From Bugula neritina (Eukaryota; Animalia; Bryozoa): DNA of 64,000 nt. The notes beneath the pieces are model-generated. The model was given only the letters and a program-made list of their open reading frames with translations, made no database searches and had not been told where the DNA came from. Numbering within the stretch: the stretch's first letter is position 1; every line of letters starts with the position of its first letter. Position numbers and translations under genes: made by a program. Location: the NCBI GenBank assembly GCA_964035545.1, contig OZ037769.1, forward strand, positions 1,116,001-1,180,000, read 5' to 3'. Below, piece after piece: positions 26,101-48,000 of this stretch.

Positions 26101-29100
26101 CAAATATAGTTTAAAAGTTGAAATAATAATAAGGCAGAAACTTTCCTACACATTAAGCTAAATAGCTGATTAATGTATTTTGTTTCTTGAAAAACTATTG
26201 ACGCATTTTCGTTCCTTTATTTAAGTTTTCATTTTAGCTTATCCTACCACATGGTTCAGTTCATGCATTCTTCACATCACTGAGTATTTATAATATTGGT
26301 TTTAATATTTAATCAAACATACATCGGCTATATTCTATATATGCATACATTGCTGCTACAGCATAGCGTCATGAGTTAGTAAAATACATTATTACATCTT
26401 TTTTTGTAACTTTTATAAGTGTTAAATCTTTCTTCTGCTACTCTTTAATATAAAGCTTAAGCAACAATTTTGATTATATTGTAAACGCTGCATGTACATA
26501 AATTTGCAAATTCGTTATTTTGTTTAAATTTGTCTTAAATTCTGTAGAAAATATTATTTTCTTAGGTGTAATTATTTAGTAGAATATTTTATATTGACTT
26601 TGAGATTAGCTTTTAATAATAGATGATTGTGCCACATACAGGTATCCAGTAAACTTAATTTGTGAGAGCAATGAAATGTATGTAGTTGATTATGTTGACT
26701 TAAAGTATGGAGAAAGGGAAATTTTCTATAGTTTAACCCTTTTTTTTCTATATGAATTTTGACTTGAAGCACAGGTCAAAGTAATCATGGGGACATAACT
26801 TCTTTTCCTTTATCTTCTATATCCCAGCCATGCTTCTCCCAATTCCCTTTGTTACTAAATCTGTTTCTTAATGCGCAATAGTTGACAGAGTTTCACTGTT
26901 CTCCATAGAATTTTGTTAAAACATGGGCAGATAACAACACAAATGTTTTATTTGTATAAACAATTTATAGCACTTCATTAAAAATAATTTTGCCCCCACT
27001 GGGATTCGAACCCAAGATCTCCGGCTTGCAAGCAAGTGTGCTAACCATTACACCACGGGGACAACTGGATAAACTCATCGCTACACTTCAGTTATTTCTT
27101 ATATTATTATTATATTATTATTATTATTATATATACTACTGATATTTACTAGACTTTAATGACCTCTGGGAGCACTTGGGTTGCTACAAAACTTATCCAA
27201 ACTTTTTGGGCACGCTGGAAGGCTTACACAGTTTAGTGACGGATAATTACGAGTTGCGAGATTCGCCGATTGACAAGTGCTGTCTAGCTGCCAAATCATT
27301 TGACTATTCAGTGAGTCACCTCGATAGAATTAAATATAGTATTTTCTGGTTGCTATGACAATTACGTGTTTAATACAATTTGTCAACCATAAAGCCACAT
27401 GGACAGTGTCTAAAAGTTTTAAAGTTTAAACCAATACAAATTGAATTAATGTTCTCGGAATAATTTTGTTTTCGCTCAGACATGCAGCAAAGTTGATATT
27501 CCAAACACATTTAGCAAAAACTATAATTAGTATTTTATTCTCTACATTATATAACTGTTAACACACTCAATATTATGTAACTGCTGGCACACTCAATATT
27601 ATGCAACTGCTGGCACACTCTATATAATGTATAACTGTAGACATGTGTCTCTATAATGTATAACTGTATACGCACTCTATATTACATAAGTGCTAATTAT
27701 ATTACATAACTGTTGATTTTCAGGTGTTTGGTATTGAGTCAGGAGGAATCTGTAAAAGTTCTGAGAAGGCTTATGAAATATTTCCCATCAATGGTAAATC
27801 TAGTGACTGCCACAGTGGAGTTGGTGGCAATTATGCAGAAGATGTGTACAGAGTGAAGAACCGCAACTGTGAGTATTCTCATCATAGATGTAATGTTAGG
27901 GGGAGTAACTCCAACTTGTAAGTCAATATCCAATCATGCTATACTTTACATGAGGAGCCATTTTGTATATGTTACTAGGCAACCAAATCAATGCAAATTA
28001 TTGCAACTGGCAGATGCTAAACAAACTGATTCATCTAATAGGAGCTGATCTGAATAAATATAGAGTATAACATAGTCTATGCTATAAAGTGTTATTTGAT
28101 ATAACATATCAAATAATACATTGACTGTTGTAAGATATATAGAACACCATATGTCATAAAAAGTAGTTATAATTGTATTTTTCAAAAGCCTAAACGTATA
28201 CTATACTTTTGAAAATGAGAAGTCGCCTTTTGCTACAATTTCGTGCTGATCACTGCAATTTTTTTTCTGCTATTTTTTTATTATTTAGTGTATTATGATT
28301 TTGGGTTTGAAAACCTAAATAGTTGGAACAATAGAAAGAGAGTTTATGCCTGGTAAGTGATGACTTTCTCATATCTATTCATAATAAAGCTGCTGTTTTA
28401 CTATGGCTCTGATATATGTCAACTTGTTCAGTGCATGGTACTGTTTATATAGCTTATAATAGTATTGCTTTAGATGCACAGTATAATAGTAAAATAGAGG
28501 ATTTTTAACTCAAGGAATTTTATGTTGCATTTTAAAGCTAAATGCTATATCACTGTATCTCCCTACTATGAATTTGTATGTGTGCTCCTATATACTGGTG
28601 TTTTGTGGTTAGCATGATCAACTATAGAGTCAAACAATTTGTAGACTCCAGTAAACATAAAATTTAAGTAAAGTTTTAATTTACTTAAATAATACAAAAT
28701 AATTGATTATCGTATATTATTTCCTTGTTTTTTAAGCAATGTGAGATCTAAAAAAATTTTTCTAACAACTTTCACTTTGATATAATATAATAATGCATAT
28801 TTGGTATTTATTGATGTATTTATTTTGCGTTCAATATGATATTAGGTCTGGGGTCAATGATAAAACATGGAATGATAATAACGTGACGTCAGATGTTGGA
28901 GCAATTTGTAAGACAGACAGCTGCCCTCAGGGGTTTACATCCTTTGCTAACAAGTGCTTCAAAATCTTAGATAAACTCCAAACCAGGTAAACCAATAGTT
29001 GAAATATTTGGTCCATGCAAAAAGTTTGATATTTTAAAGTTTTATTCTAATTTGATAAATACGTAAAGTTATTGACTAATATTGGTGTATTTTAGTCCAA

Positions 29101-31483
29101 TATAATTTGTTACCTGCTTCTACAAACTTTACCCAGTTATAGTTTAATTACTAATATCATAGAAAGTAGCTTTTTATTTTGTTCTACTCTCTTGATATAA
29201 CAACTTAACATATGTATTCACTATTCTACAGACTGCCTTTACTAATATAACTAATTAAAATGAAGGTTTGAGTTTTAAGAAAATTCAAAATCTTTTAGAC
29301 AAGAAGCCAGAGATGAGTGTCAGAGATACACTGGAGCTGATCTGTGGAATCCGGAATACTCTGATGAGTCAGACTTCCTGAGTAATCACTTGTCATATTT
29401 GGGTGAGCAATTATATAGCTTTATTACTTTAATATCTTTTTTGATATATTATAATGTAGTGTTAACAATGGCAAACTATGAATAGTCAATAGGGTAGAGT
29501 TTATGTCAGCTATTTTGAAAGAGATCAAGCAATTGCAATTATTTCCTCAATTTACGTAAACTCGCAATCAACTGCTACTGCAAAAATTGTTGTGATTTAA
29601 AAAAGCGCCAACTGGTGTACTATCGTACTGTTTTCAAATTAAAAATGCTTTTGAGCAGTAAGAAAAGTTTAAGACATTAGTTTATAAATGTTTTAATTTG
29701 TGTAACTTCTAGAAGACGCAGAATCTCATTATTTCTGGACTGGAATTCTAGAAGATTCAAATGATGGTATCTGGAAATATGAGGTGAGGAAAAATCTCTC
29801 TCAATTTACAATATTCAATAAAGTATACCTATGCACTACCACAATAAGACAAACTCAAATTGTTGAGATAAACTACATCTGCGCTATTTAATTAGATCAC
29901 ACTCACATTACCATGTCAAGCCACACCTACACTGTTATTCTAGACCACACCCTTACTACTAAACAGAGCCACATTTATTAAACTAAATAGTCTAGAATCT
30001 AGACTATTTCCACACTATACTAAAATAGACCAAACCCATTGCATCGTCTATAAATTACTAAATAAGCCGCTATATACCACATGTACTATATACATATTAT
30101 TTATAGCTTTTGCTGTTTGCCATTGAGTTACTCACCATGCGGATTTTTATCTCTTGGTTTAGAGAGAGAAAACCATGATGATATGTTATTAACAAAACAA
30201 TTTATATCCATTTTTAAAGCATTAAGCTTCTACTGCAATAGTCTAATAAATTTGTAAATATGCATAATACAAAATCTTAATAAATGCAGGTTATGAAAAA
30301 GAGCATCAATGACAATTACAACACGTATCCCATTGGCGCTGAGCCAATATACCGTGACAGCGCTGACACTTCAGCTGACGGAACTTTTGTGGAGATGAGA
30401 TACAAGATGCCATCAGCTGGCAGCGTGATTGGCTGGGAGTATTTCAGTTTTGACAACACCGTAGGAAACTACGTAAAGTTTAGTGTGGTGAGGCAGCTGC
30501 AGGGTGACTGTCAGTTTGAAGTGGTCGGAGCCAACGAGTTTATGGTGACTGCAGAGGGATACAACAGGGTGATAGTCGGGAATAGTGAGAGGATTTACGT
30601 GCAGCAGGGAGACATGGTAGCCATGTCTTTCACCAGATCTGCGAGCATCAGGTAAAGCTGTTTCCTGCGGTTTCCTTTACATACATAATAAGACGAATTA
30701 TTTTGTCAAGATAAGCAGGTGTCATGTTCATACGTTATTCTCTAACATATAGGGGAATAAAATAACTTCGATGAATTATTTGCACTCAATATTGATTTTC
30801 TAGATTTATTTGAAAATTATAAAGACGATTTTTAGAAAAATAATGTGCAACATATAACATAAAAATTACAAAAGCACAAAAATATTTATAAGTCTGCATA
30901 AAAGAAGTTATAGTACTAGTGTGTAATACGTGAAATATGATTTGAAAGATACATTATATGTAAGCATACATACATAAAAAACACTCACGCACGCAAATTT
31001 ATTATAGTCGCTATCCCATGTGAGAAACCCCTGATGAAAAAGGTTTTTGTTAAATCGGGCTAAGGACTCATTTAAATGAGGCACAGAAACAATTATGACT
31101 GGATGCTCTTTCTAACATCACCAATGGCCTTTGCGAGGGTTCAAACCCATGACCTTGTGTTTACTAGACAAACGCTCTAACCCCTAAATCACACTGCTCT
31201 CTTATACTTAGCCATACATGTTTTATATAAAATATGAATACGAAAACAGACGTGCACGTACTATAGCTTGATTATTTGACGTGTAGATTCAACTGGAATG
31301 TAGCGGCTGACAACGAGTGCTGCACCGGTGAGTACATCTATCTGGACATGTTACCTGGCAGTACCATCTCTCTGAATAAAGCTGATTATTGGAAACGTGT
31401 TTACTCCTTCAGAGCTCTTTATAGACCTACAGAATTTCTTACAGGTGAGATGGTCTTATATAAAAATATACCTTACATGCACA

Positions 31484-31527
<44 letters not shown>

Positions 31528-31858
31528 CACACACGCACACACACGCACACTCATGAGTAAATGTCAAGTTCACCATCTATATTATAAATGTATTATCATG
31601 TTTTTACTATACATAATATACAAATAATAATAATATAATAGTATTATCATATAAGTAACATTAATATTGATATATTATTAAATAGGAAGTCCAGTCATTC
31701 ACAAGAACCCCATAGAGAACCAGACTGAGCCCTGCACTTACGCTGACTCGGCCAATCAGATGCTTCTGGCAGCATCGCCCTGTGACCACACCTACCGAGC
31801 TGTCTGTGAGATAAAAAGACTCAACAGATATGAGCTGAATGATGAAATGTCAAGTTAA
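21791..31858 (+). CDS. Secreted multidomain lectin-like protein, paralog B (same architecture as A). Exons about 21791-21964, 22177-22329, 23255-23411, 23656-23817, 23975-24178, 25174-25344, 25772-25855, 27153-27310, 27724-27868, 28289-28352, 28846-28986, 29299-29402, 29713-29783, 30290-30651, 31287-31444, 31686-31858
   Basis: Phase-consistent junctions and clear homology to paralog A (e.g. [88 protein letters not shown]). Start codon uncertain because an acceptor lies at 21770. Confidence 0.85.
24142..25125. repeat. 48-bp minisatellite, 20.5 copies; same exon-end + donor unit as at 13677
   Basis: Units from 24142 to 25102 (960 bp = 20 x 48) plus a partial unit. Confidence 0.96.
26991..27062 (-). 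pseudogene. tRNA-like sequence (tRNA pseudogene or tRNA-derived SINE head; Ala-TGC-like, 6-nt anticodon loop)
   Basis: Minus strand GTCCCCGTGGTGTAATGGTTAGCACACTTGCTTGCAAGCCGGAGATCTTGGGTTCGAATCCCAGTGGGGGCA: good A box, B box, D, T and acceptor stems, but a mismatched anticodon stem and a short loop. Confidence 0.7.
31126..31197 (-). pseudogene. Degenerate tRNA-Thr(AGT)-like sequence (pseudogene or SINE head)
   Basis: Minus strand ...GGTTAGAGCGTTTGTCTAGTAAACACAAGGTCATGGGTTTGAACCC...; GTCTAGTAAAC anticodon arm as in eukaryotic tRNA-Thr(AGT); B box mutated, acceptor stem poor. Confidence 0.55.
31477..31552. repeat. (GCAC)n/(CA)n microsatellite
   Basis: Directly visible. Confidence 0.92.
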
Positions 31859-33720
31859 ATTTACAATCGATAAAATATTCCATCTCTGTAAGTCTTTGCA
31901 ACTGTCGTGTTTTAGCTAGCTGGTAAATAATTGAGCATGTGTACTAAAAGGTAAATGCAATTTATCAGTTTATGTAATGGATATTTCAGTTTCATTTCCC
32001 TTATTTATTTATCAAAGTTCTGAGTTAATTTGTCTTTATTTTTTTATTCAGTAATTTTATTAAATCTAATAATAAATAATTATTAGCTTTAAACATCATA
32101 ACTCATTATTCTAAGCAAAAATAAATAAAAATTTCAATTCAACTTTGTAGTTTTATTATCAAAATAATATATTTTATATAATTCATTATTTTTAATTTAT
32201 ATCATATTATATTATCTTTATATTATTATATTATATAGTTTACATAGTAAGGCACAACGTGCTTTTAATATAAAATGACTGGAATTTTTCAAAGCATTCC
32301 TTCAACAATGTGCTTTGGAAAATTTGCTAATTTATATTTTAACAACTTATAAACATACACGCATATAAGCCAGTAATATTTTTATTAACTGTTGCTTTTT
32401 TCATCATTAATTGATTTCTCTCACGTGATATGATTTTCCTCTACTTACATAACTTTCTTTCTATTGTTTTTTAGTCTTACATCTGTGCATTGATAAAGGC
32501 AGCACATTGGTCTAGCTGTGTATTTCTTCTCTTTTATATTTTATGTTTGTTTGTCACGCGAATAAATTTGTTGTCAACTATATAGAACAGCTTGGATTTA
32601 AACAAAGAATAAACTATAAAAAATTGCCTATAGAAATATTATAACATCATTTATAGTACAACTTAAGCACTAAACACAACATTTTATTGTATATCTAATG
32701 ATCCAACGGGTTGGCTATGTTATATTTCTATCGCTTTGCAGTTCTTTAAAATGATGAAGTTGAAAAATTTAAACTTGTATTATGCTCATAATATGCCTTT
32801 GATGTAATTCCATATCTTCATTTATTAGTTATTTATATAGACTCACTCAATAGAGCATTAGGGATTCAAAGTGAGGAGATATAATATACTTTATTAAATA
32901 TTTTAAAACAGTTTATAAAATAAAACATATTATGCAGTGCAATAATGATATTATAATAAATATAAACAGAAAGAGATAATACATTGAACTAAAGTTTCAT
33001 TTGATCGATAATTCCTATAACAGTTTCATAAAATTTAGTCTTTAAATCTAAATTTGAAAAATAATTTATTATAACTATAGAAATATACGCTGATATATAA
33101 TATTATATTACTATGCCTGGTCTTTGGTTTTCTAAATATTCGAAATGAAAACAAAGTCATAAAATTCGAATTAATTTGTTTTCTTTTCCACAAGATTTTT
33201 TTCTTTCTCAAATAATTATATAATTCTGATCTTGAAAAGAAAATAGAAATAAATAAATTTCTGATGTCTGAAAAAAACTCATTATTCCGCATTTTATATT
33301 TAAAAGTTTACGCATATAGTCCTGTCCAAGTGTTGTGTGATTAAAAGTCTTTACCCTTTTCCCACAAACTCTTGTCAAATAAAATAGATGCAGTGGCAAA
33401 GCATTTACCGCCAGACAAATATTGATGTATGAAACTATAGTCTGTTTTAGCTCAGATTACCTAAAAAAATAAAAAATAATTAGTTTTACAAACGTGAATA
33501 TTTTATTTCAAGCAATGGCTCTGTTTTATGTTTAAATACACTATACAGGTTTACTATATGTACCACAATTTAATCTATCTACTCATGCAATTATTAGAAT
33601 ACCATAATAAATAGTATGGCAATTAATGTATACCATTTTTGAGGATGTGCCGAAGATTAAAGAAAAGAGAAGAAGTTACAGCAGCTAAGAATTTAACTAT
33701 GCCAATAAGAGTAATGCTAC

Positions 33721-41467
<7,747 letters not shown>

Positions 41468-44400
41468 TTTGAAATTTCCCGGCTTTTCAAATCTATAAAT
41501 AAATTCTTTTCTGTACTTCTTTTATGAAACTTGCTTCCACAGCTTTATGAAAGTAATTGTTAATTATTATTAAGTAGAACTGCTCTCACTTCTACCTTTT
41601 ACTCTGTATAGTCTGTATCTGAATAATTTAGCAGTTTACTAACAAGGTACAGGTTAAAGTTACGAGATGGTGAAAGATGTTGAAAAGTTGCATGGAGCTT
41701 CTTTCACATCTGCAGCAGAAGTGAAAAGAATTCTTTAATCAATAATCACTATTCTTGTCTCTGCTAAAGAAATTTATCAGGTAGTCACACTTCAGGGGTG
41801 GCAACTATGATAGTATAGCCTATAATATCACAAAACTTGCAACATATATCATGTGAAGTTACAGAATTAAATGCCCAATATGTGTAAATATTTGAAAATT
41901 ATTAAAAGTCATTATATAAATAAAATGCAGCAAACCGGAATATAAAAGAATGCAAAATTATATTTCATAGTAATCAGAAATATCTTTACAGGTAAAGTCT
42001 TTGAATTAATATAATTTAGAATAAAAATTTTTTATGAATTCAGCATATGTACGCTGCATGCTATATATTATAATATATATTATTATTTTTATGTTATTGT
42101 TAATAGTATTATATAATATTGGTTGTGTACGTTTTGTTTTATGATACAAAATGGTATTACATTGCATATAATACTTATAACTATTTTTAATCTTCTTAGA
42201 TATATTGCATAATTCTTAATAGTTTTAATATTTATATCTATGAAACAGAAATTATACGCATTTTATTTTAAATTTGTTGAGCACTAACCTGGTTGCGGTT
42301 GACAAGTCACAAAATTCAGAATCTTATTTTGCAGCAGTTACAAAAATATTATTATAGATTGTTTACAAGCTAGTATAGCTTTATTGAACCTTGGTAATAT
42401 CTAAAAAAAGCAATAATGTCACAAGCCTTGGGTAAGAACTATTATTTACAAACTACTATGTATTTTAGAAATCTTTAAAAAGAGGTTTTATAGAGTCAAA
42501 AAAATATACAGATTTATAACATAATGTGCGAATGCAAACACTTAACCAAGAGAATTATTAAAAAAATACAACATAAAATATATTGTTAGTAACATTATTT
42601 AATCATGATGAGATACCATTGTGAAATTGTAGAAGGTGTCTTAAAATTCGAGCATAATATGTAGATGCTACCCCTACCTCTCGATCATCATATACATTAA
42701 TTATTGAATTGCTTCACAAAGTGGCTCATGCATTGGCCTATGACAACACAAACACTCGAAATTCGTGGCCAGCTTCTCAGTAATCCCTTCTGTTTAGCAA
42801 ATTAATGGCTGCCAAGCATCGGGCAATCATACCTCTTCTATTTATTGATTTACGAATTATACGGTTAGCTGTTTGAAGATCGAAGAACCTTCAATATACC
42901 TGCAAATTTAGTTTTGCCTGCAAAAGTAGTCCAAGTAGCTTTCCTTTGCCAATAAAATGTAATAATGTCTATAGTAGTCTGTCTCAAAGTTAGTAGATGG
43001 ATGACCCTTACACAAGCTAAACACATAGCATTTCTTTTTAATTATTAATCAAGCAGTTTCCAGCTATAAGGTTCGGCCGCCTAGGTCTCCAAATATGCGA
43101 AGAAAATCTTGGAAAATAAATTCTTTAAAACTTTACATAAGACACCTTTTAATTTCAAGAGTATTGTGAAATGATAATGTAATTAAATTAATTGATCTTT
43201 GATGTGGTAGATGCAAATAACGTTTGATAAGTATGATATGATTTCAATTTTCATTAATTTTATTTGAATTCGCTTACACTGCATTAAAAAATATTATATA
43301 TTTTGATATATTATTGTTAGCAATTAGATTATGCTGCTATATAATTTGAAGCTATATAACTGTAACATAGCATTATTATGCTATGTCTATAGCCTGTAGG
43401 TAACAGTAAAATGAAACATCTTGTAGAATTTCACACTCGAATTTATGATTGAATTTTGTAATTGAAACTAGTTCGGTTAAAATATGTGAGGGTTATTGAT
43501 ATACAAAAAGCTGACTACAAAGCTTTACTTAGTTAAGAAAGAAAGAAAGAGAAAGAGGGATAAATCGAACTACCAAACAAAATATGGTATAAGTTTGATT
43601 AGTTTATGTAAGTTATTGAAATTTTGTAGTAAGATTTTGGCCTTTTAATAATGTCAATATTTATGCTTTATTAACCAGTGAAAATGTTTTAGAAAAATAA
43701 TTTAAACTGTGTCTAAAACTGGGAGCTACATTCAGACGAAACCCTGACTTTTTGCATACAGACAGACAAAAGGTTCGTCTGGTCTGTTAGTATCAATATT
43801 ATTATAAAGTAACATCTGTGTTGTGGTATTCATTGGGTGATGAATGTTCAACTTTGCATAGTTTTTTGTTTCAACTAAACTGGCATTTTCAGTTATCTTG
43901 TGCAAGCAAGCATATGCTTTGTTGAATGGGATAATTAGCCCCCAGTTGCTGCCCTGTCTTCTTTGTATCTATTCACAATGAACATATGCTTTATTACATT
44001 GATTAATAATAACAATTTTCAAGTGTAATAAATACAATCAATTACCTTACAAAATAGACCAGCCTTTATATTCCTTATTTGAACAAAAGTTACAAGTTCC
44101 TCAGTGAACAACAAAGTGCATACCAGAGCAAGTTAACATGGAGTAATCTACACATGGTTACTATTTACTCAATTTACAACTAAGGATTTTATTACTAATG
44201 TTATACCTTCCATTGTAAAATGTGAATTTTGTTATAATATTAAGTTTTATGTTTCATCTTTTGCTATTTAGCTATCATGGTAAAATTATAAAAAATTCAA
44301 TTACATTTTGCTTAACTTTCAAAAACAGCAAATAAGTTAGCTATACAGGCTTTTTAACCAAAGAATAATTACTATATATAATAACTTATACATATGATGC

Positions 44401-44866
44401 TCAAATTTTTGCTATTACTTTGTACAAATAAAATTATAAGTTTCCACGCGACACACCTGATATTAAAAGGTTTTCAATATGACCACCTACATTATAGTAT
44501 TTACTATTATCAATATTATATTGATGCATGACCAAAAATTTTCTACCTATAATAATCATGGCCAGTAGAATAAATAAATTAATTTGTTTACAATAGCAGT
44601 TTACATATTTATATCATACATTATTATAACTGCAAAGGTTTAGCCTTGATGCAGTAAAAGATGTAGTGATTACATCATTGTAACACAATAAGATGGGCCT
44701 TAAGTGTTTGGATACACTATGATTTGGGTCTATGTTATGCATACATGAAAGAAAAGTAAGTTATTCAACTTAGTTATTAATTTCAGTCGAAAGTGTAAGC
44801 TTTCTGAGAAATCGTGAACTTTTTGAACTGCTGCCAACACTCATTTAGCAATTTACATACCTGCAT

Positions 44867-45094
44867 AATTATTGTGAACAGCTAACTCCGTACATATTAC
44901 GAGGGTTGGTGTGACAACTTTAATAATTTAGTATTTATATTCTAGCTATTCCATTTAAGTCAACAAAATTAGTCGCTATTCTTAGCAAGTGTTGAGTCTA
45001 GCTAACGAAATTATACGACAAAAGTAATATAACACCCTGATTTGTACACGAAAAACCAAATAGATTCTAGCCTAAATATTCATTCAGTTTCAGC
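44867..45094. promoter_or_regulatory. Putative bidirectional promoter between distal ELAV first exon (-) and PTCD2-like A (+)
   Basis: ATGCAG|GTATGT on the minus strand at 44866 and PTCD2-like ATG at 45095 are head-to-head 228 bp apart; inferred from geometry only. Confidence 0.4.
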
Positions 45095-48000
45095 ATGGCG
45101 TGCACTGCTTCAAGTATGTTCAGATTCAGAAACACAACCCGGCATTTGTTGCCACAATTATCTTGTTTCAAGAATCAGAATGCCACAGCAATAAATTCAA
45201 TCACTCTAAGTAAGTTTGGATGTTGATTGTAGCATCTTTGTTTGTATTTCTTCATTAATTTTGTACTGAAGTGACAATCAATGAATCATACTGATACTCA
45301 CAATCTCAATCTGAAAGTGAATCCGTGATTAGTGATTACATTGAGTGATTGACTGATTTAGTTATACTGATTTGCAATGTGAATGTCAACTTCAAGTCAG
45401 TCCCACTCTCAGTCTCACAGTCACTGTCAGTTTCACACACACTTTGGCTTTCCGATTTCAAGTTTTATTTAATTTGATTTTTCTACTAGTCTAAATTATC
45501 AAATAATCTTGTTGATAGTATTGATAGTTGTACTTGTAATACTAATACTTGATAGCTTAATTACTAATTACACTAAATTACAGTAATTAGTCTTAGAGTT
45601 AGATTAAGAATAAGATATTCAAATTGAAATTAAATTTGTCATTTGAGCAGTAGCCCTAGGCTAGTAGTACTAGTAGTAGACTATGACTAGCTAGTACTAC
45701 TGTACTAGTAAGTGTAATGGTATTCATGACTAAAGATTATTATTAAATAACATCATCACACTTACTCGCAGATGACTGGAAGTAGAAGGCTAGTTAATGT
45801 TGTGCATAATTATATTAATAATGACCTAGTGCCATCCAGTTTAAGTTTTATCATTTTATTGTATTGCGTTTATATTGATATTAATTTTGATATTTTATCA
45901 TTTCACACTTAACTAAAGGCCTTCCCAAACTTAGACATATTTTTGTGAGAATTCTTTCATTTTCCGATAATTATTTTTTTAGATATTTCTCGGACTAATG
46001 TTTATGCGGGCTATCAGTATCATCAATTGTTAATTTTGGTAGTTGTTCATTGTAATGGCCACAACCTTGGTGGTCACAAAACTGCGCTCAAGTATCAGCA
46101 TATAAGGGAAAACTTATTGATGTAGTTTCAATATCTTCTGCAAACATCACACTTCAAAAACACTTTGTAACAGGTGCCTGTACTATCAACCACCTGTTAG
46201 AGGTGTTACGTTGTCATAATATATTTAAATGTCATGTTTTGATTTAGGTAAACGTCATTACCTGCCTCTACAGGTCAGCAAACTAGAATCATTTGATAAA
46301 AGAACAAAGTTTTACAACCAGAAGTAAGTTAATAACTTAAATGTGTTCAAAATATTAGTATTTTATTGAGTACTTTAGCAGATATTATAATATAATAAAC
46401 ACACTTTCTGTTACTCAAGGAATTTATGTTTTCTCCCCCCAGATTTAAAGAGGAAGAGAGGAAGCTACTCCTATCTCGTGTTGTGCAGACGCTAGAGAAT
46501 CCTGATTTGGAGTTGTTGGTACAGGATGCTGTTACTTACATCTATCTCGCCGAGAAAGAAGATGCACAGTATTTCGTCCCTCTGGTCACCAAGTATGGCT
46601 CCAATTCCTTTGCTATTGCTTGGAACTCGGGCTGTAATAGGCATTGCGTTATTGACACTCTGTCATGATCTCTTCTTATGAGTTGTTATAGAGATGTAAA
46701 TGGAATAGCAATTGTTTTGTTTTCTCATGTGCATCTGAAAGTGACTAAAGTAATTTACGGAAAAGCAACTCAAGTATAAGTACTAATGTTTTTTTATCTA
46801 TCTAGTATTTTAAAGTATGTAAGTTTACTATAAATGTACTACGTATAATATTATATTATATTATATACTATATATTATACTATACGTAATATACATAGTA
46901 TATAAACTATAATATATGCTATAGATTAATCTAATAGGCCAAAAGTTTGCGGGTAATAATTTGACGAAGAACTGATTTTTTAAGTCAACATCCTGAAGTT
47001 AGTGGACACTGTGCTAGAAAGTCTCAGTTAATAACATTAATGGAATGGATTACTTACACACTAGCTAGTCAAAAGTAATCAAATGTTCCTTCTTACTTTT
47101 CATTTGCCCTATACACTTGCTCACTACACTGTCTGGAGTAAAGAATGGCTGTCTTACTTTGTTGCTGCCAGGTGTTACTCCCAAATGCAGCGAGACCGAG
47201 AGAACGGGATGCTCTACGGCTCCAACCTTAAGCTCGTCGCCATGAAGAAGTGTTACATGTTGAATGATCCCAAAACTGCACTTGAGATTGTCAACGCTGA
47301 TGTTAGTAATGATGCGGTTATATCTTACTTACTAGCTACTATGGCATTAGACAGAGTTGCTTTGGGAAACCAGGAGTGTTTTAAATCTGCATTATCGATG
47401 TCAAATGTCCTATAATCTTTTAGATTTTAATTTTCCAATTAAATTTTTTAGCTCAATCATGTTGAACATATTGTAACATGTGTGGCCGTGTGATCTCGTG
47501 AAAGCTTAGTACACTAGCTGTAGTTGTTGTTGTTGCTAGTTAGTGATAGATGAACAGATTGTTCTCAATGTCCAAGATGTTTGCAGGTGAGTGGTGATAC
47601 GGATGGCAAGACGTATTGTGTCCTGATGACCATGGACCTCTTCCTCGAGAACCGAATGCACGCCGAGTGTCTGGACCTAGCCATGCGCACCCTCGCAGAG
47701 GAGAGGCCGATCATCGTCAACTGGTTCTACCAGCTGGCCATCATGTCGGCATTCCAACTGGTAGGTAGTCTTTCCCCTCAATCAACTTTGTCACTTCCTA
47801 GAACCCGGAGTCAATTGAGAGTTGCTCCCTTTCTTTCTTTGATGAAACTAATAAACTGCTAGAGAGTGGTGTGCTGTGGCCATCCTATTATTGTTCCCTC
47901 ATACTGTATGACTCATTTTGTATGACTCACTCTGTATGACTCACTCTGTATGACTCGTACTGTATGACTCATTTTGTATGACTCGCTCTGTATGACTCAC

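Noticed and set aside
26991-27062. Functional tRNA gene
   Set aside because: Anticodon stem has a mismatch and the loop is 6 nt; treated as pseudogene or SINE head.
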